Shown: positions 22,643 through 31,904 of the stretch, in pieces
How positions within the stretch are numbered: position 1 is the stretch's first letter
Layout of the letters: each line of letters opens with the position of its first letter
NCBI GenBank assembly: GCA_017629765.1
Contig: JAGBWO010000266.1
Span: forward strand, 1 to 35,692
Length of the DNA: 35,692 nt
Origin: Opitutales bacterium
GTDB lineage: Bacteria > Verrucomicrobiota > Verrucomicrobiia > Opitutales > Intestinicryptomonadaceae
Direction of reading: 5' to 3'
Notes under the pieces: model-generated
The model's input: the letters and a program-made list of their open reading frames with translations, nothing else
The model's database searches: none
Told to the model about the DNA's origin: nothing
Program-made: the position numbers and the translations under genes

Positions 22643-24721
22643 ATGAAATACATCACTTCATTAACCATCCTCTTTGCGGCATCCGCAGTGTTTGCCCAGG
22701 AAATTACATACGATAAAATTGTTTCAGAAGATGAAAGTTTATCTTCTATGTCTACTAATACAAAGGTTTTAGATGGAGCAACACTTACATTGACAGGTGA
22801 TACCCCAAATAACTGGAACCTATATATTGAAAAAGGCGGAACTGTTTCTTTAAATAGTCTTTTAAAATGGGGAACAGGCTCAAATACTGCTCCTAAGTCA
22901 AATTCAGTTGATATTTATGGTAATTTCTTTACAAATGGGAAAGAAATTCGTTTGGGTGATAACGAAGCTGGTTGGGAAACTACTTTCAATGTTTATGATG
23001 GTGGTCTTTTAGCAAGCAATGCAGAAGCATCATCTGAGTTCTTAATCTCTTGTTTTCGTGGCAAAAATTCTATTGTAAATGTTTTTGCAGGTGGTGAGGT
23101 TAAAAATGCTAAAATTTCGTCTTTTGATAGAAATAATGAATCTTCCGAAAAGCCTAACTTTGAATTTAATGTAGATGGTGGTTTGGCGCAAATTACTTCT
23201 GTTACATTAGGGAATAGTGCTCAATCTGAAAAAATTCAATATTCTTCTATAAATGTAACAAAAGGAGGCACGCTTACAACTTCCGGAAATACTATACTTG
23301 GTAATGCTGCTCTCAATGATTCTACAATCTCTGTTACAGGAGCTAACTCTACTTGGACATCAAGTGGAAATATTTCGATAGGTCAAAATACAGACCTTGC
23401 AAGAATTAATGTAGGCGATGGTGGCGTTATTACTAATAATGGCCAGACATATTTTCAAAAAGGCGTATTGAATGTAAATGAGGGTGGCATATATAATGCT
23501 GTTGGGATTGTAAATATGAATCAGGCAGGGACTGCTGTGAATGTTAGCGGTCAATTTAATATTTCAAATAATTTATATATAAGTAATGGCGATATAAAGG
23601 TTACAAATGATGGTGAATATATTGTTGTAAATGCAGCAGGTCATATAATTGGTAATTCTGGAACGGGTATTGCAAATTTTGTAGTTGATGGTGCTACAAT
23701 GTACCAAAATGCTACAAATTCTGACTTGTATATTTATATAGGATATGCTTCTGGTGCAGTTGCAAATTTTAAAGTTACAAACGATGGTCTTTATACATCT
23801 GGAACAGGTGCAAAGAATACCCAGTTGTACATGAATGCAGGTACTGGCACGTTGGAAATTTCAGACGGCGGCAAATGGTTTGCAAATACTAATTTCTATG
23901 TTGGCGGAGCAAGCGGCGCAAATTCAACCTTGATTTTGAATAACGGCAAAATTGCAGGTACATCAGGAACTAATGCTTCTTCAGATATGAATATTGCAAG
24001 TGCTTCTGGTTCAATAGGCAGTGTTGAGGTTTCAAATGGCGGTTCTGCAATTTTACGTTCGTTTAGAATGGCACAAGGCGGTGCAAACGCAAAAGCAACT
24101 TTGATAATTAAAGATGCCGGTTCGTTTGTAAAAGCAACAAATACTAACGATACAAATTATCTTTTCTCTATCGGTATGAATGTTGCTGATGGCGATAAAT
24201 ATACTGGCAACTCTGCAATTGTTGAAATTCATACAGGTGCTCAACTTGCAAATACCGCAGGTGGTTTTTCATCTATCAAAGATTCTGCACAGATGACATT
24301 TGTTTTGGATAGTTCAAATATTAACTATGCGTCAACTGCAATGTTCTCTACGAAGAATCTTGCAGTTTTCAAGACCGACGACACTGTTTCAAATCCATTT
24401 GTGATTGACGGCGCAAATCTCGGAGCTGTCAACGGTTTGACGGAAGGCGATATCGCGGAATTTGTGATAATGACGGTTTCGGGCGACGCAACGCTAAACG
24501 ATGATATTCTCGATTTTACTAATACGGAATCTATTGCAGACATTATCGAATTTAAAAACAACACAAATTTGGAAGATTGGGAAGATTTCGGTTTGGACAA
24601 TCTTTCATTTGAAGACGGAAATCTTGTGCTTTCTTTGACATATGTTCCCGAGCCTTCCACATACGCGGCGATATTCGGCGCGCTGGCTTTGGCGTTTGCT
24701 GCGTACCGCAGAAGAAAGTAG
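22643..24721 (+). CDS. PEP-CTERM sorting-domain surface protein with autotransporter-passenger-like beta-strand repeats
   Basis: Signal peptide ending AVFA-QEIT; G/N/S/T-rich repeats such as ISVTGANSTWTSSGNISIG and GTGTLEISDGG; C-terminal VPEPSTYAAIFGALALAFAAYRRRK. Confidence 0.93.
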   Translation: MKYITSLTILFAASAVFAQEITYDKIVSEDESLSSMSTNTKVLDGATLTLTGDTPNNWNLYIEKGGTVSLNSLLKWGTGSNTAPKSNSVDIYGNFFTNGKEIRLGDNEAGWETTFNVYDGGLLASNAEASSEFLISCFRGKNSIVNVFAGGEVKNAKISSFDRNNESSEKPNFEFNVDGGLAQITSVTLGNSAQSEKIQYSSINVTKGGTLTTSGNTILGNAALNDSTISVTGANSTWTSSGNISIGQNTDLARINVGDGGVITNNGQTYFQKGVLNVNEGGIYNAVGIVNMNQAGTAVNVSGQFNISNNLYISNGDIKVTNDGEYIVVNAAGHIIGNSGTGIANFVVDGATMYQNATNSDLYIYIGYASGAVANFKVTNDGLYTSGTGAKNTQLYMNAGTGTLEISDGGKWFANTNFYVGGASGANSTLILNNGKIAGTSGTNASSDMNIASASGSIGSVEVSNGGSAILRSFRMAQGGANAKATLIIKDAGSFVKATNTNDTNYLFSIGMNVADGDKYTGNSAIVEIHTGAQLANTAGGFSSIKDSAQMTFVLDSSNINYASTAMFSTKNLAVFKTDDTVSNPFVIDGANLGAVNGLTEGDIAEFVIMTVSGDATLNDDILDFTNTESIADIIEFKNNTNLEDWEDFGLDNLSFEDGNLVLSLTYVPEPSTYAAIFGALALAFAAYRRRK
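24659..24721 (+). repeat. 63-bp PEP-CTERM-encoding direct repeat, copy 1
   Basis: Matches 26297-26359 with 3 synonymous differences by manual alignment. Confidence 0.9.
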
Positions 24722-24739
24722 AAAATTTTGCATATTTTG

Positions 24740-24770
24740 AAAAAGACGCCTTTCGGGGCGTCTTTTTTTT
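24740..24770 (+). terminator. Intrinsic terminator of PEP-CTERM gene 1
   Basis: AAAAAGACGCCT-TTCG-GGGCGTCTTTTTTTT. Confidence 0.85.
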
Positions 24771-24820
24771 GTGTTTTTAAGAAGGTTTCTCGATTTTCGC
24801 AGTTTTGGCAGGTTTTTCAA

Positions 24821-24900
24821 AAAAAGGCTTGAATTGGCTTAACTTCGGGTATACTTTCTCCAAAAGTTTTATTTTTCTATTTTAATTCTATATATAAATT
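24821..24900 (+). promoter_or_regulatory. Promoter/leader of PEP-CTERM gene 2
   Basis: CTTGAAT...TTCGGGTATACT...AAAAGTTTTATTT...TATATAAATT. Confidence 0.6.
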
Positions 24901-24910
24901 ACCTATAATC

Positions 24911-26359
24911 ATGAAAAAGCATGTATTAGCGGCATCTGCTTTGGTGGCGACTTCCCTCGTCTTCGCGGCGCAGGAAATTACAGTAACCGGAAGCAACTTC
25001 ATATCATCCAACTCCAATAATTACATATATTCGGATACGGTGTTCAACTTTCAGGAAGGCACAAATACAGGGTCTTTCATCTTTTGGGCCGATTCAAGGA
25101 CTGCCGACATCGCATTTACGGACGGCACGGTTGTAAACGGCGCGGTTTTGCTTGGCGATAAAGAGGCAAATCCGCTTACTTGGGGCAGGGTTGCCTCAAA
25201 TCCCAACGGGACAAACGTGAGAATCGGTTGGAACAATGTTTCTTCTTATGACGCGACAATTGAAGTCAGTGGGAATTCTTCCGTAGTCATCGGCAGTAAC
25301 TGGTTTCAGCTTACAAATGGCTTTGGAGCAGTTGAAAGCGGCAAAATTCAGACCAAACTTTACAACGAAGATTCTTCTTCAAAGAGCTATGTCCATATCG
25401 ACAAGCTGGAAATGGGGCTTTCGGGCTTGGAAAATTCCACTTTGGTGAACAGCTTTGAAATCGGAAGCAATGCCGAACTTTGGACAAAGAGCGGTATTGA
25501 CATCGGCAAAAACGGCACTTCCACCCAATCCACAGGTGGCACGGTAAAAGTTGAGATGGTCGGCGAAAACAATGCGATGTACGTTTATGGCGATTCTCAT
25601 ATCGGGAATAACAATGCTTCTGCCGGCGACACATTTGTGTATGCCAAAGGTACGGGTAGCGCGCAGTCGGGTTTTTATCAGGACGGCGGAATGAACATTC
25701 ACCTTTCAAACAAGTCTGACGCCACAATGACGTCGGCGGTTATTTTGGACGGCAATGTCGAATTTAAGCGTCCCGGCGGAGCCCACATTACATTGAATAT
25801 CGGAACCGACTCGAATTCTGCAGGCGGCGAAGCCTCTTTCCAAGTTAAGGGCGCAAATAATTTTGCCTCAATTTGGAACGCGACATTGTTTAATGCAAAC
25901 GCAACTGGTGGCAAGGCAACTTTGCTGATTGAGGGTTCGGGTTCAACCATTAACGTCAACAGCGAGCTTAAAGTTTACGGAAGAGGCATTGTTGACGGCA
26001 AAATCGTAGGCGGCGAAATTCGCTTTAATATTGACGATACGGGCATATCGACATTGTTTGCAAACAAGGTTTCCGTTTTTGAAGGCATCATAACGGTTGA
26101 CTTTACGAAAATTCTTTTAAATGAAGTCGAATCAGAATTCACAATTTTGAGATCCAACAATACGCTTGCCGATTTGTTCTCAGACGATTCTTTCAACTTC
26201 ATAAAAAGGGATGAAAGCGATCTCGTGAATTGGTCGTTGTCGGAAGACAGCAAGAGCCTTATCATAAGCTATGTTTCCACAATTCCCGAACCGTCAACAT
26301 ACGCGGCGATATTCGGTGCGCTGGCTTTGGCGTTTGCGGCGTACCGCAGGAGAAAGTAG
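24911..26359 (+). CDS. PEP-CTERM sorting-domain surface protein
   Basis: Signal peptide ending VFAA-QEIT; beta-rich G/N/S/T body; C-terminal IPEPSTYAAIFGALALAFAAYRRRK. Confidence 0.93.
   Translation: MKKHVLAASALVATSLVFAAQEITVTGSNFISSNSNNYIYSDTVFNFQEGTNTGSFIFWADSRTADIAFTDGTVVNGAVLLGDKEANPLTWGRVASNPNGTNVRIGWNNVSSYDATIEVSGNSSVVIGSNWFQLTNGFGAVESGKIQTKLYNEDSSSKSYVHIDKLEMGLSGLENSTLVNSFEIGSNAELWTKSGIDIGKNGTSTQSTGGTVKVEMVGENNAMYVYGDSHIGNNNASAGDTFVYAKGTGSAQSGFYQDGGMNIHLSNKSDATMTSAVILDGNVEFKRPGGAHITLNIGTDSNSAGGEASFQVKGANNFASIWNATLFNANATGGKATLLIEGSGSTINVNSELKVYGRGIVDGKIVGGEIRFNIDDTGISTLFANKVSVFEGIITVDFTKILLNEVESEFTILRSNNTLADLFSDDSFNFIKRDESDLVNWSLSEDSKSLIISYVSTIPEPSTYAAIFGALALAFAAYRRRK
26297..26359 (+). 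repeat. 63-bp PEP-CTERM-encoding direct repeat, copy 2
   Basis: Matches 24659-24721. Confidence 0.9.
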
Positions 26360-26378
26360 TTTCATAAAATAAAAATTT

Positions 26379-26408
26379 AAGGACGCCCAATTTGCGGCGT
26401 CCTTTTTT
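26379..26408 (+). terminator. Terminator between convergent PEP-CTERM gene 2 and rpoN
   Basis: AAGGACGCC/GGCGTCCTT stem plus T-run. Confidence 0.7.
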
Positions 26409-27730
26409 TATTTCTCTTTTTTGCGCAGGCTTTTAGGCGGGATGTTCAGGCTTTCGCGGTATTTTGCGATGGTTCTGCGGGCAATGTTCAATCCCGAATC
26501 GTTTAGCATGTTTGCTATTTGCAAATCAGAATAGGGTTTGCGCGGATTTTCGCTTTTTACAATTTTTTTGATTTCGTCCTTTACCGAGGTGTTCGACACA
26601 AAGCCGTTTTCTTTTGCGTATCCCGTTGAGAAGAAGTAGCGCATCGGCAGAAGTTTCGTTTCAATTTGCGCGTACTTCTCCGCAATGGCGCGGCTTATTG
26701 TTGTGTGGTGCAGTCCGAGCCTTTCTGCCACGCTCTTCATTGTAAGAGGCTTTAAATGAGCTATGCCGTGTTCAAAAAAATCTATTTGCGTTTCGAGAAT
26801 TACATTGGCTATTTTAAGCAGGGTCGATTGCCGTTTTTCGACCGCCTCTATGACGTTTTTTGCGTCGCGCAGCTTCGTTTTTATGTATGACTTGTCCTCT
26901 TTTTTCGAGATTTCCCCGCTTGCGATTTTTTGGCGGTAGGAGTCGTTTATGGCGAGTTTCGGCAGGTATTCTTTTGTGAGGGACGCCTGCCACTTTCCGC
27001 CGGTTTTTTCAAATTTCACGTCTGCGAAAATCGCCTTCGCTTCTTCCGCCTGAAAATTTTTTGCGGGAGCCAAGTCAAGCGTTGCTATTTGCGAAATTGC
27101 AAGCTCGACATCGCTTGGGCTTGCACCGAGCATACGCGCGATTTCTTTTACCTTGCGCTTTTGAAGAAGCTCGTATGCCTTGTCCAAAATTTTGAAAGCC
27201 AAAGAATTTTCCCGCTTTTTTTGGCGCAGCTGAATCATAAAGCATTCGCGGTAGCCGCGCGCGCCGACGCCCGCAGGGTCGCAGCTTTGCATAAAATCCA
27301 GCGCTTTTTCGAGATTTTGTTTTTTCAGCCCTTCTTCTATTCCGCGCTCGAATGCGTCGGCTTCCAGAAATCCGCGCTCGTCGAGGGAGTTTTGCAAAAA
27401 CAAAAAGGCGCGCAGAACTTCAACGTCTTTTATTTCCATTGCCGCCTGTTTTTGCAGGTGCTCTTCAAACGATTCGCTTTGGGTTTGAATGTTCAAAAGA
27501 TAGTCGTGGGCTTTTTGGGCGTCCGGATTTGGCGCGCCGCTTTCCAAATCATCGAGCGAAAGCGTTTCGGAGTCGGGCTTGATTTCTTCAAGCATCGGAT
27601 TTTCGTTTAATTCGCTTTTTATGAGCGTTTGCAAATCGAGCGCGGAGGCTTGAAGTATTTTCAAGCTCTGGTACATTTTAAGCGTCGGTTTTTGAATTTG
27701 CCCGAGCTTTATGTTTTGAGAAAGTTCCAT
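26408..27730 (-). CDS. rpoN: RNA polymerase sigma-54 factor
   Basis: Region I QSLKILQ...ELNENPMLE, DPAGVGAR, LKPLTMKSVAERLGLHHTTISRA, RpoN box ARRTIAKYRE. Confidence 0.96.
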   Translation of the reverse strand: MELSQNIKLGQIQKPTLKMYQSLKILQASALDLQTLIKSELNENPMLEEIKPDSETLSLDDLESGAPNPDAQKAHDYLLNIQTQSESFEEHLQKQAAMEIKDVEVLRAFLFLQNSLDERGFLEADAFERGIEEGLKKQNLEKALDFMQSCDPAGVGARGYRECFMIQLRQKKRENSLAFKILDKAYELLQKRKVKEIARMLGASPSDVELAISQIATLDLAPAKNFQAEEAKAIFADVKFEKTGGKWQASLTKEYLPKLAINDSYRQKIASGEISKKEDKSYIKTKLRDAKNVIEAVEKRQSTLLKIANVILETQIDFFEHGIAHLKPLTMKSVAERLGLHHTTISRAIAEKYAQIETKLLPMRYFFSTGYAKENGFVSNTSVKDEIKKIVKSENPRKPYSDLQIANMLNDSGLNIARRTIAKYRESLNIPPKSLRKKEK

Positions 27731-27829
27731 CTTTTACAGCATATTTTTTCGCACAACATTGCGGATTTTTCAATTTTTATTTTGTTTAGATATGTTGACA
27801 ATCCGCTTTAAGTAGGCTGTTATGCGGAT

Positions 27830-29083
27830 ATGAGGATTAAGAAACCCGAAGTGATGTCGCCCGTCGGCGACATGATATGCTTGGACGCCGCAATCAAGGC
27901 GGGGGCGGACGCCGTCTATTTCGGAATTGAAGGCTTGAATATGCGCGCCGGCGCAAAAAATTTCAGCATTCCGCAAATGCGCCGGCTCTGCAAAAAATGC
28001 GATTCGGCGGGCGTCCGCAAATATCTTACGCTCAACACAATTTATTACCAAAGCGAAATGCCTAAACTCAAACGCGCGGTTTTTGCCGCAAAAAAAGCGG
28101 GGGTTGACGCAGTAATCGCTTGGGACTATTCCGCTTTGAAATTCGCAAGCGAAGCGGGAATCGAGGCGTATTTGTCGACGCAGGCGAGCGTTTCAAACGC
28201 AGAATCCATTGCCTTGTACCATAAAAATTTCGGGATAAAGCGCTTTGTGCTTGCGAGGGAATGCTCGGTTTCGGACATAAAAAAAATCCGTTCCGCGCTC
28301 GTCAAGATTTTGGGCAAAAACGCTGCGGAGGAAATCACTTTCGAAGTTTTCGCGCACGGGGCGATGTGCGTTTCGGTGAGCGGCAGATGTTTTATGTCGC
28401 TTTTTCAATGCGGAAAGAGCGCGAACAGGGGCGAGTGCCTCCAACCGTGCCGCAGGGAATATTTTGTAAGCGACAATCGCGGCGACAACGAGGGCTTTGT
28501 TGTCGGCAAGGGCTATGTGATGAGCCCGAAAGACTTGTGCGTATTGCCGTTTATCGAAAAGCTGATTGAAGCGGGAGTGAATTCTCTGAAAATCGAAGGA
28601 AGAAACAGAAACGCCGACTACGTTTTTGAAACCGTCGGCGCATATAGAAAAGCTGTTGATTTCTATTTCGCAAACCGCAAATCGCCCGATTTCGGCGAAA
28701 AGTTTGATGCATTGAAAAGGGAGCTTCAAATCCGCTTAAATTCCGTCTTTAATCGCGGTTTTTCTTCGGGGTTTTATATGGGCAAACCCATTGGCGACTG
28801 GACTTCGTCCGGCAACCATGCCGCAAAGCGCAAAACGATTTTGGGCCACGTCCTGAACTATTTTTCAAAACTCGGCGTCGCAAAAATTTCAATCGACAAT
28901 TCTTCGGTTGAAGAAGGGCAGGAAGTGCAGGCCGAAGGCGATGCCACGGGGTTTGTGCGCTTTTTTCCGCAAAATATGCTTTGCGCGGGAGTTGCTGTGA
29001 AATCCGCAAAGAAAGGCGACATAATATCGGTAAAAGTGCCGCAGAAGCTTCGCAAAAACGACAGGCTTTACATATTCATTTAG
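27830..29083 (+). CDS. Peptidase U32 family protein (TrhP/RlhA-like, probably an RNA hydroxylation enzyme)
   Basis: GADAVYFG, LARE, EVFAHGAMCVSVSGRCFMS...NRGECLQPCR Fe-S motif, SLKIEGR. Confidence 0.93.
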   Translation: MRIKKPEVMSPVGDMICLDAAIKAGADAVYFGIEGLNMRAGAKNFSIPQMRRLCKKCDSAGVRKYLTLNTIYYQSEMPKLKRAVFAAKKAGVDAVIAWDYSALKFASEAGIEAYLSTQASVSNAESIALYHKNFGIKRFVLARECSVSDIKKIRSALVKILGKNAAEEITFEVFAHGAMCVSVSGRCFMSLFQCGKSANRGECLQPCRREYFVSDNRGDNEGFVVGKGYVMSPKDLCVLPFIEKLIEAGVNSLKIEGRNRNADYVFETVGAYRKAVDFYFANRKSPDFGEKFDALKRELQIRLNSVFNRGFSSGFYMGKPIGDWTSSGNHAAKRKTILGHVLNYFSKLGVAKISIDNSSVEEGQEVQAEGDATGFVRFFPQNMLCAGVAVKSAKKGDIISVKVPQKLRKNDRLYIFI

Positions 29084-29105
29084 CAAACGATTCCAGCCGT
29101 CGCAT

Positions 29106-29132
29106 AAAATCCCGAAAAATCGGGATTTTTTT
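29106..29132 (+). terminator. Intrinsic terminator of the U32 gene
   Basis: AAAATCCCGA/TCGGGATTTT stem plus T-run. Confidence 0.75.
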
Positions 29133-29265
29133 ATGAAAATAAACTATTTTAAAAATGATAAATATTATTTTAGTCTAAAAATAAAACAATAAAATAACTA
29201 AAAAGCGATTGCATTTTATGATAAAATATGTCTAAATCTTTTTTGTTGCTTAAAATTAAAAAAGA

Positions 29266-29448
29266 TTGCAAACTAGGCGCAATTTGAAAACGCAAAAAAT
29301 ACAGATAAAAATAAAAATATCAAAAGAGATTGTGGAAATTTTGGAGGTTTACGCAAAGGAATGCGGTATGGACTTGAAAGAGTGTATAGTTTTTATCTTG
29401 GAGGAATTTTACGCATCGAAAAATCAGTCTCTTTCAAGCCAAGAGTAA
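29266..29448 (+). CDS. Possible small ribbon-helix-helix DNA-binding protein
   Basis: IQIKIKISKEIVEILEVYAKECGMDLKECIVFILEEF fits a strand-helix-G-helix pattern; TTG start, only 60 aa. Confidence 0.45.
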   Translation: MQTRRNLKTQKIQIKIKISKEIVEILEVYAKECGMDLKECIVFILEEFYASKNQSLSSQE

Positions 29449-31118
29449 ATATTGCGTCTTAAATGCGCATTATTTTTATAGGTTTTAATTTTTCTGCCAT
29501 CTTCGCTTTCTGCAACTGATATTAGCGACGAACCGCATATGGGCAGATATTCGTCCCATTCCACTGCAACATTGTGCCACTTGCCATCTCCACCAAAAAC
29601 TTTTACATATGAAATGTGAGACTGCGTTCTAAAACCGTGTGCGGAAACTAAAATTTTGCTTACTCCGTTTTCGTGCGAGACGGTGGTGGTTTTCAGAATA
29701 GAGCGTGTGACGCACTGCGGATGCTTGAAATGGCTGTCGCCATAAAAGTTTGCTATGGCTTCATGTTCCCAGAATGACAGCTGCTTTGCATTTTCATTAT
29801 AAATGTCTTCATGTGTGCGCGTCTGCTGATAGAGCGGGATTGAAAGCAGAGGCGCAAATGCGAAATATATGTCTTTAAAATACTTTTCGTTAAATTCTAA
29901 AAAATTTCTTTTTGCTCTGTAAAAATCGAAGTCTTGGAAGCGTTCCGGATTAGTGTCTATTGGTGCGTCATCCAAGTGCTTTGCTGAAATTAAATTTATT
30001 TTTCCTTGCTTTTTAAATGAGAAATCATCGCCATATCCGAAGTTTTGATCTTTCATTATTTTTAAAATCTGCGTTTGCGCAAGGGCGGTGAAAAGAAGGC
30101 GGAACTCAACTTCGTTATTCCTGTCTTTTGCGTGGAATAGCGTTTCAAACTCATGGTTTGACATCAAGGTGTATTGCGAGTCGTCATCGAGGTTTTGCGA
30201 AAATTTTTTCAGGCGGCGCAATTCCATTTTTTTGCGTATGGAATTAAAAAGACCATCGTTATTGGAAAATTCTGACGGATTGCGCGAAAATTTCAAATTC
30301 GGGGCGGCGTCATTGCCGTAAATTAAAATTTTCTCATTTTGGTAAACGGGTATTGGCTTTGTTACACTGGCAGTCAAAACTTGCGATTTTGTTACTAAAC
30401 GGCTTTTGCCGTTTGTATCTACAACCCATTGTGTCCATGTAATTTGCTTTTCCCCCGTGTAGGTTTTTGAACCCCAATTTTGCTTCATGTATTCGCCGAT
30501 GGCAAACGCATTGCCGTTTATCTCTCCAGACTGCGCAAAAAGTATAGATTTATTTTCGTTAAAAGAGTCATCCCAGCCGAATTGTCGTTTTAAATTTGCA
30601 AGCCGCGATGCAGTGAAATAGGGGTCGAAAGCGAGTTTTGGCACGGTTTTTTCTATCAGCTTTACAGGAATATCCCATGTGTAAAGTTCGTTTAGCGGAC
30701 GCATTTGCGCCCATGCTTCGCGTTCCCATATTCTAACTTGAAATTTAAGCTCCTCAATATGTTTCGATGTTTTTGAAAGACTCTTGCCTGTCAGAAACAG
30801 GAGAAGGATGCAAGTTGCGCAAATTACCCCATAACGTATTCCATCTGCATTCGCCCCGAATTTATAGGCCAAATATCCTGATATCGCTAAACCGACAACA
30901 AGAAGTAAAATTAAAAAAACTTTTAATAAAAGCTTGTTTTTTTGAGATGATAATTCTTTCTTGGCACCGGCAATAGACTGGGTTGTTTCATGATTTTTTT
31001 TCGCGTCGATACCCGACTTTTGGGCAAGTTCCTCAAACTTTGCCTGTGCAAGTTCGGCAAATTTTTCCCTAAACTCGAATCGGTATTTTTCTAGCGGATC
31101 GTAAATATCTTGAATCAA
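29424..31118 (-). CDS. Membrane protein resembling the Mycoplasma MAG1210 family
   Basis: N-terminal IYDPLEKY...FEELAQKSGID, two TM helices, FETLFHAKDRNNEVEFRLLFTALAQ, DGKWHNVAVEWDEY; TTGA overlap with lemA. Family assignment is from recall. Confidence 0.7.
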   Translation of the reverse strand: MIQDIYDPLEKYRFEFREKFAELAQAKFEELAQKSGIDAKKNHETTQSIAGAKKELSSQKNKLLLKVFLILLLVVGLAISGYLAYKFGANADGIRYGVICATCILLLFLTGKSLSKTSKHIEELKFQVRIWEREAWAQMRPLNELYTWDIPVKLIEKTVPKLAFDPYFTASRLANLKRQFGWDDSFNENKSILFAQSGEINGNAFAIGEYMKQNWGSKTYTGEKQITWTQWVVDTNGKSRLVTKSQVLTASVTKPIPVYQNEKILIYGNDAAPNLKFSRNPSEFSNNDGLFNSIRKKMELRRLKKFSQNLDDDSQYTLMSNHEFETLFHAKDRNNEVEFRLLFTALAQTQILKIMKDQNFGYGDDFSFKKQGKINLISAKHLDDAPIDTNPERFQDFDFYRAKRNFLEFNEKYFKDIYFAFAPLLSIPLYQQTRTHEDIYNENAKQLSFWEHEAIANFYGDSHFKHPQCVTRSILKTTTVSHENGVSKILVSAHGFRTQSHISYVKVFGGDGKWHNVAVEWDEYLPICGSSLISVAESEDGRKIKTYKNNAHLRRNIYSWLERD

Positions 31119-31777
31119 AAGAATTTCTCCCTTGCCCTTTGTTTGGTTTCAGCAGAAGCTGTGAAGGGAATGCGCGTGGTGTATCCGGCGTGCGCTGCCA
31201 CAATTTGTTTTGTCGGCCACGAATAAATGTCGGTATTCCACTGTGCGACAGTGTCGTTATAAAGCGAACGAGCGGCGGTTATTTCCTTTTGCAAATAAGC
31301 ATTTTGTTGCATGGCGTCAGCTATTGCGGAGTGCGCTTTTAGCTCCGGATAAGCTTCTACATGCGGGAAAAGGCGTGCAAACGCAGTATTGATTTGCATT
31401 GATACTTCGTTGATGTCTGCATTCGGGTTTATTCCGCCACGAAATGCGGCAACCGTTTTCATAACATCTTTATCAAGGTCTATGGACTTTTCAACAAGCC
31501 CCGCCACATTTTGTAAAATTTGAACCCGCTGTTCTAAATAGTTGTCGATAGTGGAGGCGTCGGCTTGAATTTTTTGTTGAAGCTTTTTAAAGTAGTTGGC
31601 GGCTGAGATTTTCATAAAAAGGAAAATCAACCCCGGCAAAATGCCAAGTAGCCAAAGTGAAATTTCAAATAAAAGCGAACCGAAACCTATTTTTACAGGA
31701 AGTTGTTTTTCGATTACGTTTATGTCGCGTCCCTTTTGATTTACGGGGCATTTTAATTCATCCAGTTCGTTAGCCAT
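31115..31777 (-). CDS. lemA: LemA family protein
   Basis: ASTIDNYLEQRVQILQN, VEAYPELKA, EITAARSLYNDTVAQWNTDIYSWP motifs. Confidence 0.9.
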   Translation of the reverse strand: MANELDELKCPVNQKGRDINVIEKQLPVKIGFGSLLFEISLWLLGILPGLIFLFMKISAANYFKKLQQKIQADASTIDNYLEQRVQILQNVAGLVEKSIDLDKDVMKTVAAFRGGINPNADINEVSMQINTAFARLFPHVEAYPELKAHSAIADAMQQNAYLQKEITAARSLYNDTVAQWNTDIYSWPTKQIVAAHAGYTTRIPFTASAETKQRAREKFF

Positions 31778-31904
31778 AAATATGTAAGTTTTATATGAAG
31801 AAGTTTTTATTCTAAGAATTCAATATATAAAAAGAGTTTTTGCAATAAATTTCGTTCATCGTCAAAAAGTGTGGAATAGATAAAAAAGGCGGTCGTACGG
31901 ATAC

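Noticed and set aside
22643-26359. Diversity-generating retroelement or invertase shufflon acting on the PEP-CTERM genes
   Set aside because: No reverse transcriptase or invertase is adjacent; the repeats are direct, and their differences are synonymous and not adenine-specific.
29424-31777. Mycoplasma genetic code (TGA as Trp) in the LemA islet
   Set aside because: Both ORFs are full length in the standard code, use TGG for Trp and end in TGA stops.
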